A stretch of DNA of 64,000 bases from an uncultured delta proteobacterium. GTDB lineage: Bacteria; Desulfobacterota; Binatia; UBA9968. The notes below the pieces were generated by a model. It was not told where the DNA came from, searched no databases, and worked only from the letters and a program-made list of their open reading frames with translations. Made by a program: the position numbers and the translations under genes. The stretch spans positions 32,001-96,000 of the forward strand of contig CAVWLW010000051.1 in the NCBI GenBank assembly GCA_963755715.1, in the 5' to 3' direction. Positions within the stretch are counted from its first letter, which is position 1, and the number at the start of each line of letters is the position of its first letter. Below, piece by piece: positions 29,041 to 37,806 of this stretch.

Positions 29041-29412
29041 ATGCAATCACCGAAACCAACATCGGCGAACGCGGGTTTCACGCTACTTGAGCTCATCGTC
29101 GTCGTAGCTGTGTTAGGTATTCTTGCGGCTATAGCGATCCAGCAGTTCTCGCTCTTTCGCAGCCGTGCCGTGGATGCGTCCATGCGTTCGGATCTCAAGA
29201 ATGGGGCGCTGGCGATGGAAAGTTACTACGGAGAATTTTTGGACTATCCGACGACTCTGAGCGCGATGCAAGTCGTCGGTTATCGAAAAACCAACGGCGT
29301 GACAATGACGATTAACGTGACCTCGCCATCGACCTTCACCTTGAACGCGGCAATGCCGAACGGCACCCAGCCGAGCTTCACTTTCGACAGTACCACTGGT
29401 TTGATCAATTGA
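29041..29412 (+). CDS. Type IV pilin-like protein
   Basis: Class III signal peptide AG|FTLLELIVVVAVLGILAAIAI. Confidence 0.9.
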   Translation: MQSPKPTSANAGFTLLELIVVVAVLGILAAIAIQQFSLFRSRAVDASMRSDLKNGALAMESYYGEFLDYPTTLSAMQVVGYRKTNGVTMTINVTSPSTFTLNAAMPNGTQPSFTFDSTTGLIN

Positions 29413-29539
29413 CCGGGATGGTCGGGATCCTCGTTGGAAGCCGGCAAAGACAATTGCGGCCTTCAACCGCAGGTTAAACTTTTAGAACTAGGGCGGCGCA
29501 TCAAATTCACGGCTTTCATTCTGCCAATCTCTCCTCGAG

Positions 29540-30271
29540 CTATTTCGGCGTGCGCAGGAAAAATGTCTGGCCAGTCACGAATTTCGTGGCGTCGGAAAGT
29601 AAATAACGCACGAGACCGACGATTTCGAATTTGTGGGTGAGGCCGTCCATCAGCGGTGGAATTTCTTCGCGCTTTTGAAACTGTTCCTCGGTATAACCGA
29701 TTCGCGACATCGGCGTGTCGGTGGCGCCGGGGCAGACGCAGTTGACCGTGATATTGTTGGGCGCCAGTTCAACCGCGAGCGATTTGGTGAAAGCGATTAC
29801 GCCGGCTTTCGACGCCGCATAATGGGCGGAGCGCGGCGCGCCGGCGACCCCTCGGCCTGAAGCGATACTGAGTATGCGGCCCTCTTTTCTCGGCATCATG
29901 TGTTTCGCCGCGGCTTGAGCGCAGAGAAACACTCCCTTCAGATTGATTCTCATCAGCCGGTCCCAGACTTCCTCCGGCATGTCGATCACCGGAATGCGAT
30001 CCATGATACCGGCGCCGCAAAACGCGTAATCGATCTGACCGTATTTAGCGATAGCCTGGCGCATCATCTCGGCGACGCTCTCGGGATCGCCGACATCGAC
30101 TTTGACGGCGATGGCGGCGCCCTTGTTGTCGCGAATCTCCGCCGCGACTTTTTCCGCGGCTTCCTTCGCGTAGTCGGCAACCACAACGTTTACGCCATCC
30201 GTGGCCAAGCCCCTGCAAATATCGGAGCAAATTCCCCCGGCGCCGCCGGTGACAACGATAGTTTTACTCAT
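29540..30271 (-). CDS. Short-chain dehydrogenase/reductase (FabG-like)
   Basis: TGGAGGI, YAASK, VNCVCPG-TDTPM. Confidence 0.9.
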   Translation of the reverse strand: MSKTIVVTGGAGGICSDICRGLATDGVNVVVADYAKEAAEKVAAEIRDNKGAAIAVKVDVGDPESVAEMMRQAIAKYGQIDYAFCGAGIMDRIPVIDMPEEVWDRLMRINLKGVFLCAQAAAKHMMPRKEGRILSIASGRGVAGAPRSAHYAASKAGVIAFTKSLAVELAPNNITVNCVCPGATDTPMSRIGYTEEQFQKREEIPPLMDGLTHKFEIVGLVRYLLSDATKFVTGQTFFLRTPK

Positions 30272-30430
30272 ATTCAAATACTCCTTAAAAAATGATTTTT
30301 TACTGACGCGCTCACCGGCGTTTAGCGCCGGTCAAACTTTTGCGGGGCGGGTGGTTACGATCATAATTTTTCCGCCAAGCCAATGCCACCCCGACAGTCG
30401 CTGAATGTCTCCAAAGCGTATCGACCTCGC

Positions 30431-31339
30431 TTAATTGATTTTAGCTGCTTCAGTCGGCGCCGCTGACCACCCAGCTTGCTCCGGGCGAATAATCCGCGCG
30501 AGGATTTCCAAGCCGTTCACCAGGCGCGGGCCGGGGCGGCTGAAGTAAGCGCTGCCGTTGAGCGCGTAGACATTGCCTGTTTTCACCGCCGGCAGATCAT
30601 TCCAGCCGTTGAGGTTTCGCAGCGGCGTGGATTCTTTGACAGCGCGGCGCACATCAAAGCCGCAGGGCATCAGCAAGATCACGTCTGGCTTTGCATCGAG
30701 AACGCTTTGCCACTCGATCTTGAACGATGGTTCGCCTTTGCGTCCCAGCGGATCGAAGCCTCCGGCGAGTGTGACTAGCTCAGGTACCCAGTGGCCGGCA
30801 ACGTAGAGCGGCTCAAACCATTCGAGACAAACGACGCGCGGGCGATATTCGGGTTCGCGGATGCCGACTTCGTCTATGCGTCGACGCAGATCCTGGACTA
30901 AATCGTCGGCGGCCGTTTCGCGGCCGGTGGCGGCGCCGACGCGCGAAATGTCTTCGAGGACATCGGACAAGGAGTGCGGATTGAGCGATAGAATCGCGGG
31001 CATGCGCGGCAGCCGTTGCGCAGCTTTGACAACGTCATCGTAGTCGAGGGCACACACGTCGCAAAGTCCTTGTGTCAGGATGACGTCGGGACCGGATGCG
31101 AGGAAAGCGGCTTCGTCGATCGAGTACAAGCCTCTGCCTGCTTGAAGCAATTCGCCGACTCTGCGATCGATCTCCGGGCAGGACAATTGACTCGAATCAA
31201 TGACACTGCGAACGACGACAGGCTTTTGCTTTGCCTCGTGGGGATAGTCGCACTCGTGGGTCACGCCGACGATCTGATCGCCGAGGCCGAGCAAATAAGC
31301 GATCTCCGTCGCGCCGGGCAGCAAGGAACAGATTCGCAT
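30431..31339 (-). CDS. Cobalamin/Fe-siderophore binding protein (BtuF-like), no signal peptide
   Basis: MRICSLLPGATE, VGVTHECDYP, TQGLCDVCA, AGHWVPE, YFSRPGPRL. Confidence 0.85.
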   Translation of the reverse strand: MRICSLLPGATEIAYLLGLGDQIVGVTHECDYPHEAKQKPVVVRSVIDSSQLSCPEIDRRVGELLQAGRGLYSIDEAAFLASGPDVILTQGLCDVCALDYDDVVKAAQRLPRMPAILSLNPHSLSDVLEDISRVGAATGRETAADDLVQDLRRRIDEVGIREPEYRPRVVCLEWFEPLYVAGHWVPELVTLAGGFDPLGRKGEPSFKIEWQSVLDAKPDVILLMPCGFDVRRAVKESTPLRNLNGWNDLPAVKTGNVYALNGSAYFSRPGPRLVNGLEILARIIRPEQAGWSAAPTEAAKIN

Positions 31340-31461
31340 GCGTGTATGATTAGCTTAAGTCCGTTGATTATGCCACTGCGTGATCTCGATGCGTCAGCCT
31401 TTCCGCTCGTGGAAATTCTTTGGCTAATGGGAAGATCCGCGCGAATGCGCGGGGCTACGGC

Positions 31462-32883
31462 TCAATCCACGCTCGTCAGCGGTTTTAGTTCGCGCCTGCC
31501 CACGCGCGCCACGCCACTTGCCGTGACGATCACATGCTCGCCGATTTGTACGACGCGGTTTTCCCTCATCACGTCTTGCACGGCATTTCGCTTCATGCGG
31601 AGGGCGGGTTTGAAGTCAAAAGTCATCCCGGGCGCGATGATAATATCGGATTCTCCTCTGGAATTGGCTGGACCGAGCCGGGGACGAGAAAGGTTGGCGA
31701 TGCCGCTTGAATGGAGCACGACGCCGGAGCGGTCTTCGGCGTCGGATTTTTCGACCAGCGCCGCGTAATAGTCTACCAGCTCGCCGCAGGTGGTTTTGCC
31801 AGGCACAATAGAAGCGACGCAGTCGTGGAACAGTTTGATCGCCGTCGCCATCGCGGCTCGATAATATTCGTAGCCGGGAGTTTTGGTTCCGCCGACGAAG
31901 ATCGAGTGATTGACCTGAGCCCGGTAGCCTTGCGCCGTAGCGTCGATTTCCTCGCTGATGATTTGCCCCTCTTTCAGCGGGTCGTCGGTCGGCGCTCCCA
32001 AAGTAGCATTGGCTTCGACGTCGAGCGCGATGGAAAGACGCGTGGGATCTTCGCCGGTCTCGGCAAACATCGCGGCAAACGTCGGCAACCAAATATCGCC
32101 TTGGTGACGCGCCGGCGGACGCGCGGCGCGTCGAATAACCTCGATGGCGTTTTCGCCGGCGGCCACGGCGCGCCGAACCACCTCGTGTTCCTCAGTACTT
32201 TTCATCATCGCGGGTTCATCGATCGGACCGGCATCGGCACCCCATTTCTCAATGGCCAGAAATTGTACGCCCGGGAGCGCAGCCTTGAGATTTTCCAAAA
32301 AAGTGGCGGCGACTAGACCTTCGGGATCGAAGCGGCTGCCGCTGAGCTTGGCCACGCCGATGCGCGCCCCCGGATTATTCAAGCCGAGATTCTTGAACTC
32401 CGCAGCGATTGATTTTGAACCTTCACCTTGGTCGATAACGAGTTTTCCGTCCGAGCGCCAGGCGTTTAATCGGTTTTCCCAAAAAGCGCGGTTACGCGCG
32501 GTGGAAACGAGTGCATGAACCGGCTTGGAATCGTCGCGGGGAAAAATAACATCGGCGCTGCCGCCGCGCCCGCCGATTTGCGTGAGATAGCGAGGATAAG
32601 CGGTGTCGCCGCTAGCCGGCGCCAAGATCGCGTCGAGGTTCCATTGTGGCTTCGCCATGATCCGTCGCACCGCCGACCAGCGGCGCTCGCGCTCGGCCCG
32701 CGAAAAAATCGGAATCATGACGTTGATCTTATCGTTCTTGACATCCGCCGCGTGGGCGTCTCCGAGCGACGTGAGTGACGCACGCAGAAGCGGGAGCGTA
32801 GCGCTCGTCGTTGCCAGCGACTGAAGAAACGCCCGCCGGGAGGAGAAAAAAGGACTTCGATTTGATTTGGAACTGCGACTCAT
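31462..32883 (-). CDS. Tat-exported M24 (pita-bread fold) protein
   Basis: SRRAFL twin-arginine signal; FSRAERERRW, MKSTEE, GY-AQ, H-SG, PGMTFDFKP. Confidence 0.75.
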   Translation of the reverse strand: MSRSSKSNRSPFFSSRRAFLQSLATTSATLPLLRASLTSLGDAHAADVKNDKINVMIPIFSRAERERRWSAVRRIMAKPQWNLDAILAPASGDTAYPRYLTQIGGRGGSADVIFPRDDSKPVHALVSTARNRAFWENRLNAWRSDGKLVIDQGEGSKSIAAEFKNLGLNNPGARIGVAKLSGSRFDPEGLVAATFLENLKAALPGVQFLAIEKWGADAGPIDEPAMMKSTEEHEVVRRAVAAGENAIEVIRRAARPPARHQGDIWLPTFAAMFAETGEDPTRLSIALDVEANATLGAPTDDPLKEGQIISEEIDATAQGYRAQVNHSIFVGGTKTPGYEYYRAAMATAIKLFHDCVASIVPGKTTCGELVDYYAALVEKSDAEDRSGVVLHSSGIANLSRPRLGPANSRGESDIIIAPGMTFDFKPALRMKRNAVQDVMRENRVVQIGEHVIVTASGVARVGRRELKPLTSVD

Positions 32884-32958
32884 AGCTCAATTCCTCACCG
32901 TTAGTTACGCTTGGCGGTCATCACTTGCTTAATCAATACCAAGCTTACTAGATTCGAC

Positions 32959-34254
32959 TCACTGCGCCGGCGGAATCTTCCCCTGCGACACGTCCATGAT
33001 CATGCGCGTGAGTAAATAGAGGCGCGGCTCGATGGAATCGAGCAGCACATATTCCGCTTCGGCGGAGTGGGCGCCGTAACCCTGCAGGCCGAAGCGCTCG
33101 ATAACCGGCGCCTTGGTATTGAGCGCGGCGAAAGCCGCATCGGTGCCGCCGCCTTCCGCGACGTCATCGACGACGAGCGTCTTGCCAAGCTCGGCGTAAA
33201 TCTCCTGCGCGTGCTTGGCGAGCGCGCGCGACGCGGCGGTGGCCTCGAGCGGCGGCCGGCGGCGCTCAAAATTCATCTCGACTTTGGCCTCGGGCAACAG
33301 CTGCTTCTTGATCGCGTCACGCACTCTTTTTTCGATGGCGTCGTAGTCGGCCACGCGCAGAACGCGCACGTCGGCGACGGCCTGAGCGCCGGGCGGGATC
33401 ATGTTGCGCGTGGTGCCCGCGTTCGCCAGCGTCCAGTTCATTTTCAGTCCCACTGCTGGATCCGAGAAATCGCGGGTTTGAAGCACCTGATGGGCGAGCT
33501 CGTAGAGCGCGTTGATACCTTTCTCCGGCGCGTTGCCGGAGTGCGACGCGCGTCCCGTCACCTTCAGCGTAACGGAGGCGATGCCGCTGGTCGCCAACGA
33601 TAACTTGTCCGACTCCGCGCGCGAGGATTCGACGGAGAAAGTTGCGTCGTGCTCGGCGCCGAGCTTGGAAATTATGCTGCGCGAGCCCGGCGAGCTGAGC
33701 TCCTCGTCGGCGTTGATGAGCACGGTGAGGGTGCCGTATTGCTGGAAGTTCGTCGCTTTGAGAATGGCCAGCGTGTGCAAAATCACCGCGATTCCCTGTT
33801 TGTCGTCGGCGATGCCCAGGCCGTAGGCCCGATCGCCGTCGATGCGGAAAGGTTGCTTGGCGAGCATGCCGCGCGGGTAAACCGTGTCCATGTGCGCGAT
33901 CAGCAGGATTTTCTTTGTTCCCTTGCCGGTGAACGTCGCGCGCACCATCTTGCCGATTTGCTCGGGCGTATCTTCCATCTTGTAGACATCGCTCGGCGCC
34001 ACTAATTCAACTTTGCCGCCGAGATCCTTCAATCGTCCGGCGATAAGATCGGCGAGTTTGCCGAGGCCTTCGAAATCACGACTGCCGGTCTCGATCGAAA
34101 CCAAGGCCTTCAAGCTTTCGAGCAACGCGGGTTTTTCTTTTTTCGCCAAGGAAAAAATCGGCTCGTTCGGCTGAGCGTATGCGTGCAGCGAAGTGCCTGC
34201 GACCATCAGAGTCAGAGCGACTCTGAGATAATCCAACCGCATCGATGATTTCAT
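32959..34254 (-). CDS. M20 metallopeptidase (carboxypeptidase G2-like)
   Basis: Signal peptide; AHMDTVY, GIADDK, DEE, GGGTDA, GAHS. Confidence 0.9.
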   Translation of the reverse strand: MKSSMRLDYLRVALTLMVAGTSLHAYAQPNEPIFSLAKKEKPALLESLKALVSIETGSRDFEGLGKLADLIAGRLKDLGGKVELVAPSDVYKMEDTPEQIGKMVRATFTGKGTKKILLIAHMDTVYPRGMLAKQPFRIDGDRAYGLGIADDKQGIAVILHTLAILKATNFQQYGTLTVLINADEELSSPGSRSIISKLGAEHDATFSVESSRAESDKLSLATSGIASVTLKVTGRASHSGNAPEKGINALYELAHQVLQTRDFSDPAVGLKMNWTLANAGTTRNMIPPGAQAVADVRVLRVADYDAIEKRVRDAIKKQLLPEAKVEMNFERRRPPLEATAASRALAKHAQEIYAELGKTLVVDDVAEGGGTDAAFAALNTKAPVIERFGLQGYGAHSAEAEYVLLDSIEPRLYLLTRMIMDVSQGKIPPAQ

Positions 34255-34469
34255 GGGACGCTCCCTCCCGAAGGTTAGGGCGTGAGCACAGCGGCTCGAT
34301 GAGGCGACGAAGAAGCCCTGACCGACAATCGTCAGCTCGGAGAGATTAGATATTCGATCTGGATGGGGCCGTCAACCAAAATCGGTCGGCCGTAGCTAAA
34401 AGGGATTATCGTTGATGCAGTTGTAGCAAAGGGATGTCGATTAGTTCGGAAAACTTGTGATGTGATCCA

Positions 34470-35256
34470 CTAGATCCCGGCGTACCATTCGTAGCCCTGA
34501 TCCTCCCAGTAGCCGCCTTTGCCTCGGCCGATTTTATCTAAGCTCGCGACGAACTCGAGGGCCCGGATGTATTTCGCGTGTTTGTAGCCGAGCTGGGTTT
34601 CGACGCGCAGGCGCAGCGGCGCGCCGTTGTCGACAGGCAGCGGCTGATCGTTCAGCTCGTAGGCGAGGATGGTTTGCGGATGAACAGCGTCGATCAAATC
34701 AATGCTTTCAAAATAGTTAGTGCCGTCGCTATCCGTATCCATGCAGCGAAATACGACATATTTCGCCGTCGGCCGCCGGCTGTACTTTATTCATAATCTC
34801 TTCCAGCCGCACGCCTTTCCATTTGCCGATCACGCTCCAGCCTTCGACGCAATCATGGCGCGTAATCTGCGTACGCGAAGGCATGCTTTTGAGCTCAGTG
34901 AGGGAGAAGCTTGCTGGTTGCGTGACGAGGCCCGAGACGTCAAGGCGCCACTTTGTCCACTGGTTTTTTGCGTCGGCCGCGTAGTCCATGGTGATCGGTG
35001 GCGGGTTGCCGTTGCTGCGAAATTTTGGCGATATATCTTTGGCGCTGAATTCCTGGGCGAGCTTGTTGCGGCCGGCGAGCAAACGCTGTGCGCGCCGGTT
35101 GCCGTGCTCGGCCAATTCGAGCAGTGACTGAAACTTGTCATTCCGGCTGAGTGCGTCGAAGATTTTGTCGCAGCCGCTCAGCAGAAAAAAGCCTGCGCCT
35201 TGTAACGTTCCGAGGAGCAAGTTGCGCCGAGAGAAACTAGGATTTAACTTCGTCAT
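34470..35256 (-). CDS. Molybdopterin-dependent oxidoreductase (sulfite oxidase/MsrP-like); one frameshift near 34778
   Basis: SRRNLL Tat/lipoprotein-like N-terminus, TRHDCVEGWS, HPQTILAY, GAPLRLR, LGYKHAKY, GGYWEDQGY. Confidence 0.87.
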
Positions 35257-36278
35257 TTTTCTCTGTCTCCTCCTCCCGCACTGATGAATTCGCAGCCGAT
35301 TTATTTTCGGCCTGCGCCGGCTTTGCCGTCGTATCGGCGCGCAATGTTGTCTGACTTGGAGCCTGGACTTCAGGCTGGACGTTATCGGCTTCGGCTTTCA
35401 GAGCCTCGGCGTCAACCGGTTCAAGTGCCGGAGCGCTCTCGGTGGCTTGGATCGCATGCGGCAGTTTTTCTCTGTACCAACCGGTCGTCATGGAGCGCAT
35501 GTTGTTGAAAACGCCTTGAGTCAAAACCATGAACACGTGCCCGAATGTGAAGGAGAGAAAGCCAAACGCAAGAATAAAATGAACCGCGCGCGCCGATTGG
35601 CGGCCGCCGAAGGCCGCCGGCAGCCAGTTGAAAGCGACGTTCAACTGCGGTGACATCGCCATGCCGCTCAATAAAACCAGCGGCGTCAAAATCACGAAGA
35701 CGCTGGTGTACGCCATTTTTTGCAGCGGATTATATTCGCCTTCCTGCGGCGAATGTTTTTCTCAGGTGCAAGTAGTAAGCGACCATTGCCGGAACTTTCT
35801 TGGCGTCGCTGAACGTAAAAAAGAATTTGCGCATGTGGCCGACGGCAAGGTTGTAAAAAACATAGAGCAGGCCGTTGAGCGCGAACAGCCAACCGAAAAA
35901 GAAATGCCAGCGCCGCGCGCCGGCCAGGGAATAATAAGCTGGAATGGTCAGCCAGCTCGGAAAGGCGCGCGCCGATGGCCCGAAGGTTCCCTGTTGGACG
36001 CCGAGAAAACCGGTCGTGTCGATTTGCCGTCCATAAAGATCGACATAACCGCGGACGTCGCCGTCCTCGTTGGTTGCGGCGATGGAAAAGAACGCCTTTT
36101 CCGGTTCCGAGGTGCTGCCCCAGTACAGATGCGGGTGAGCGTTGAAGATTTGCAACCCGCTCATAAACAGAATCATCAACGCGAGCGCGTTGCCCCAGTG
36201 AGTCACACGGGTGACGCGGTTGTGACGGTAGCGCAATTCCGAAGATTCGTGTGCAGCTTCCACGGGATCCTCTCTCAT
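35237..36278 (-). CDS. Cytochrome b/b6-type membrane subunit; one frameshift near 35758
   Basis: RVTHW, SGLQIFNAHP, RRWHFFFGW, (EY)NPLQK, RAVHF, GHVFM; one extra A in a 5-A run. Confidence 0.85.
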
Positions 36279-36303
36279 CTTATGGATCCGCCTTGGCGGG
36301 ATA

Positions 36304-36346
36304 GATGTATTACATCATTTAGATGCGGGCTCGGCAAGAAAGTTGC
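36304..36346 (-). promoter_or_regulatory. ECF-like promoter plus palindrome upstream of the cytochrome b/Mo-oxidoreductase operon
   Basis: Minus strand GCAAC-N16-CATCTA (36346-36320); palindrome GATGTA-T-TACATC at 36304-36316. Confidence 0.4.
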
Positions 36347-36355
36347 GCATGGTGC

Positions 36356-37696
36356 TCACGCGACGCCTTTGCCGAGCTCTGTCGTGCATGGGCACTGATC
36401 GGGAAATCTCTCGCACTCGAGGTTCTCGGGTCGTAGAGGTTCGCTTGGGGCATTTTCGCGCTTTACCTGGATGCTGAGTCCATGCGTGATGAATAGCCAA
36501 ATTACGACGGTGGCGAGCAGCGTCCAGGACATCCATCGCGTATCCAGCGGCATCTTTATAATGCCCTCGGGAACGGCTTGTTTGAGCCAGAGCAGGATAA
36601 CGATCGCGCCGATCGCTTCGGCGACGCGCGCGGCGACGCCATCGACGACGATCTTGACCGAAGAGCGGTCGGTCGAGTCGACGGGAATAAAGGCCTGCTC
36701 CCAAATCGACCGATGGACGGAGGAACGCAAACCGCCTTCGGTGACGCGCAGCACCGAGCGACTGAAAGCCGTCGCCGCCGCTGTTGCGAAAGTCGCGCCG
36801 CCGATGAGCGCAAACGGCAGCACCATCAAGCCGCCGCGTAAGCCGATCTTATCTTGAATCTTCGGCGTCGCGAAAAGCTGCAGCAAGAGCGAGCTAAAAT
36901 TCAACAGAATGTAAAAGTTGGCGAAGAAATTGGCATTACCCTTCGAACCCATGCTTGCGCTCGCGGCCGCCGCGTAGAACTGAAAATCGATGAGCAAGCC
37001 GGACAGCGCACCGGTCATGGAGATCAATAACAAAGTTAACGCATAATTATTTTTCAGAGGAGCGAAGAAACCGGTTTTCTTTTTGCCGTCGCCTATTTTG
37101 GCGACGACGTTGCTCGGAAAGCGGCTGTGGATGTGCTGCACCAAAGCGACGACGCCGAATAAAACGACGGCCGCCAACAGGATCAGCCATTTGGCGTCAA
37201 GATACGGCGCCAGTCCTTTCGAAATCAAGCCGCCGGTCATGCCGCCGGCGAGAGTGGCGGCGCCGATCTTGCTGAATGCGCGCGCGGCTTCGCGCTTTTC
37301 GGTTCTCTCGAAAATATCTGATGCCAATAACCACAAGCTGGCAAAGAGCAGGCCGAAAATCGCCGGAATGAACATGAACATCGCGAGCAGCAGTTTGTTG
37401 TCGCCCGGCTCCAGGAAAGGCGCGGTCAGCGCCATTACAGCCGCGGCGAACGTCAGCACGCCGAGCCGCGCCGGCCGCGCGCCCCAGATTTTCATCGCCT
37501 TGACGAAGATGATAGCCAACGGCAGCGAGGCGGCGCCGATATTGATGTAGATGAGCGGCAGTTGCAGCAAGCCGCCGCTGCCTTGAAAAAACAGCGCGTC
37601 GCGGCCGGTCTTGGCGATTATGAATGCGAGGGTCGTGAGTCCCAGCGCAAACGACGGAAGCAGTGTTTGACAAGAATTGCGATCGGGGCCGGTCAT
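36356..37696 (-). CDS. Npt/TLC (ATP/ADP translocase-like) MFS membrane protein
   Basis: AKTGRDALF, W-L-SDIF...A-R-F, DFQF, LR-SVHRS-WE motifs; about 12 TM. Confidence 0.7.
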   Translation of the reverse strand: MTGPDRNSCQTLLPSFALGLTTLAFIIAKTGRDALFFQGSGGLLQLPLIYINIGAASLPLAIIFVKAMKIWGARPARLGVLTFAAAVMALTAPFLEPGDNKLLLAMFMFIPAIFGLLFASLWLLASDIFERTEKREAARAFSKIGAATLAGGMTGGLISKGLAPYLDAKWLILLAAVVLFGVVALVQHIHSRFPSNVVAKIGDGKKKTGFFAPLKNNYALTLLLISMTGALSGLLIDFQFYAAAASASMGSKGNANFFANFYILLNFSSLLLQLFATPKIQDKIGLRGGLMVLPFALIGGATFATAAATAFSRSVLRVTEGGLRSSVHRSIWEQAFIPVDSTDRSSVKIVVDGVAARVAEAIGAIVILLWLKQAVPEGIIKMPLDTRWMSWTLLATVVIWLFITHGLSIQVKRENAPSEPLRPENLECERFPDQCPCTTELGKGVA

Positions 37697-37710
37697 TGCT
37701 TAGTCAGTTG

Positions 37711-37806
37711 ACCGTCGCCAGTTGTCAGTTAAGAGTCGGCCGTCGAATGAAGCGAATGAGCAGACTAGCGTTTTCCTCACAGCTAAAACTGGCAACTGAC
37801 GGCGGT
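37711..37806. repeat. Intergenic inverted repeat built of heptamer units
   Basis: ACCGTCGCCAGTTGTCAGTT / AACTGGCAACTGACGGCGGT, 17 of 20 Watson-Crick pairs. Confidence 0.6.
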
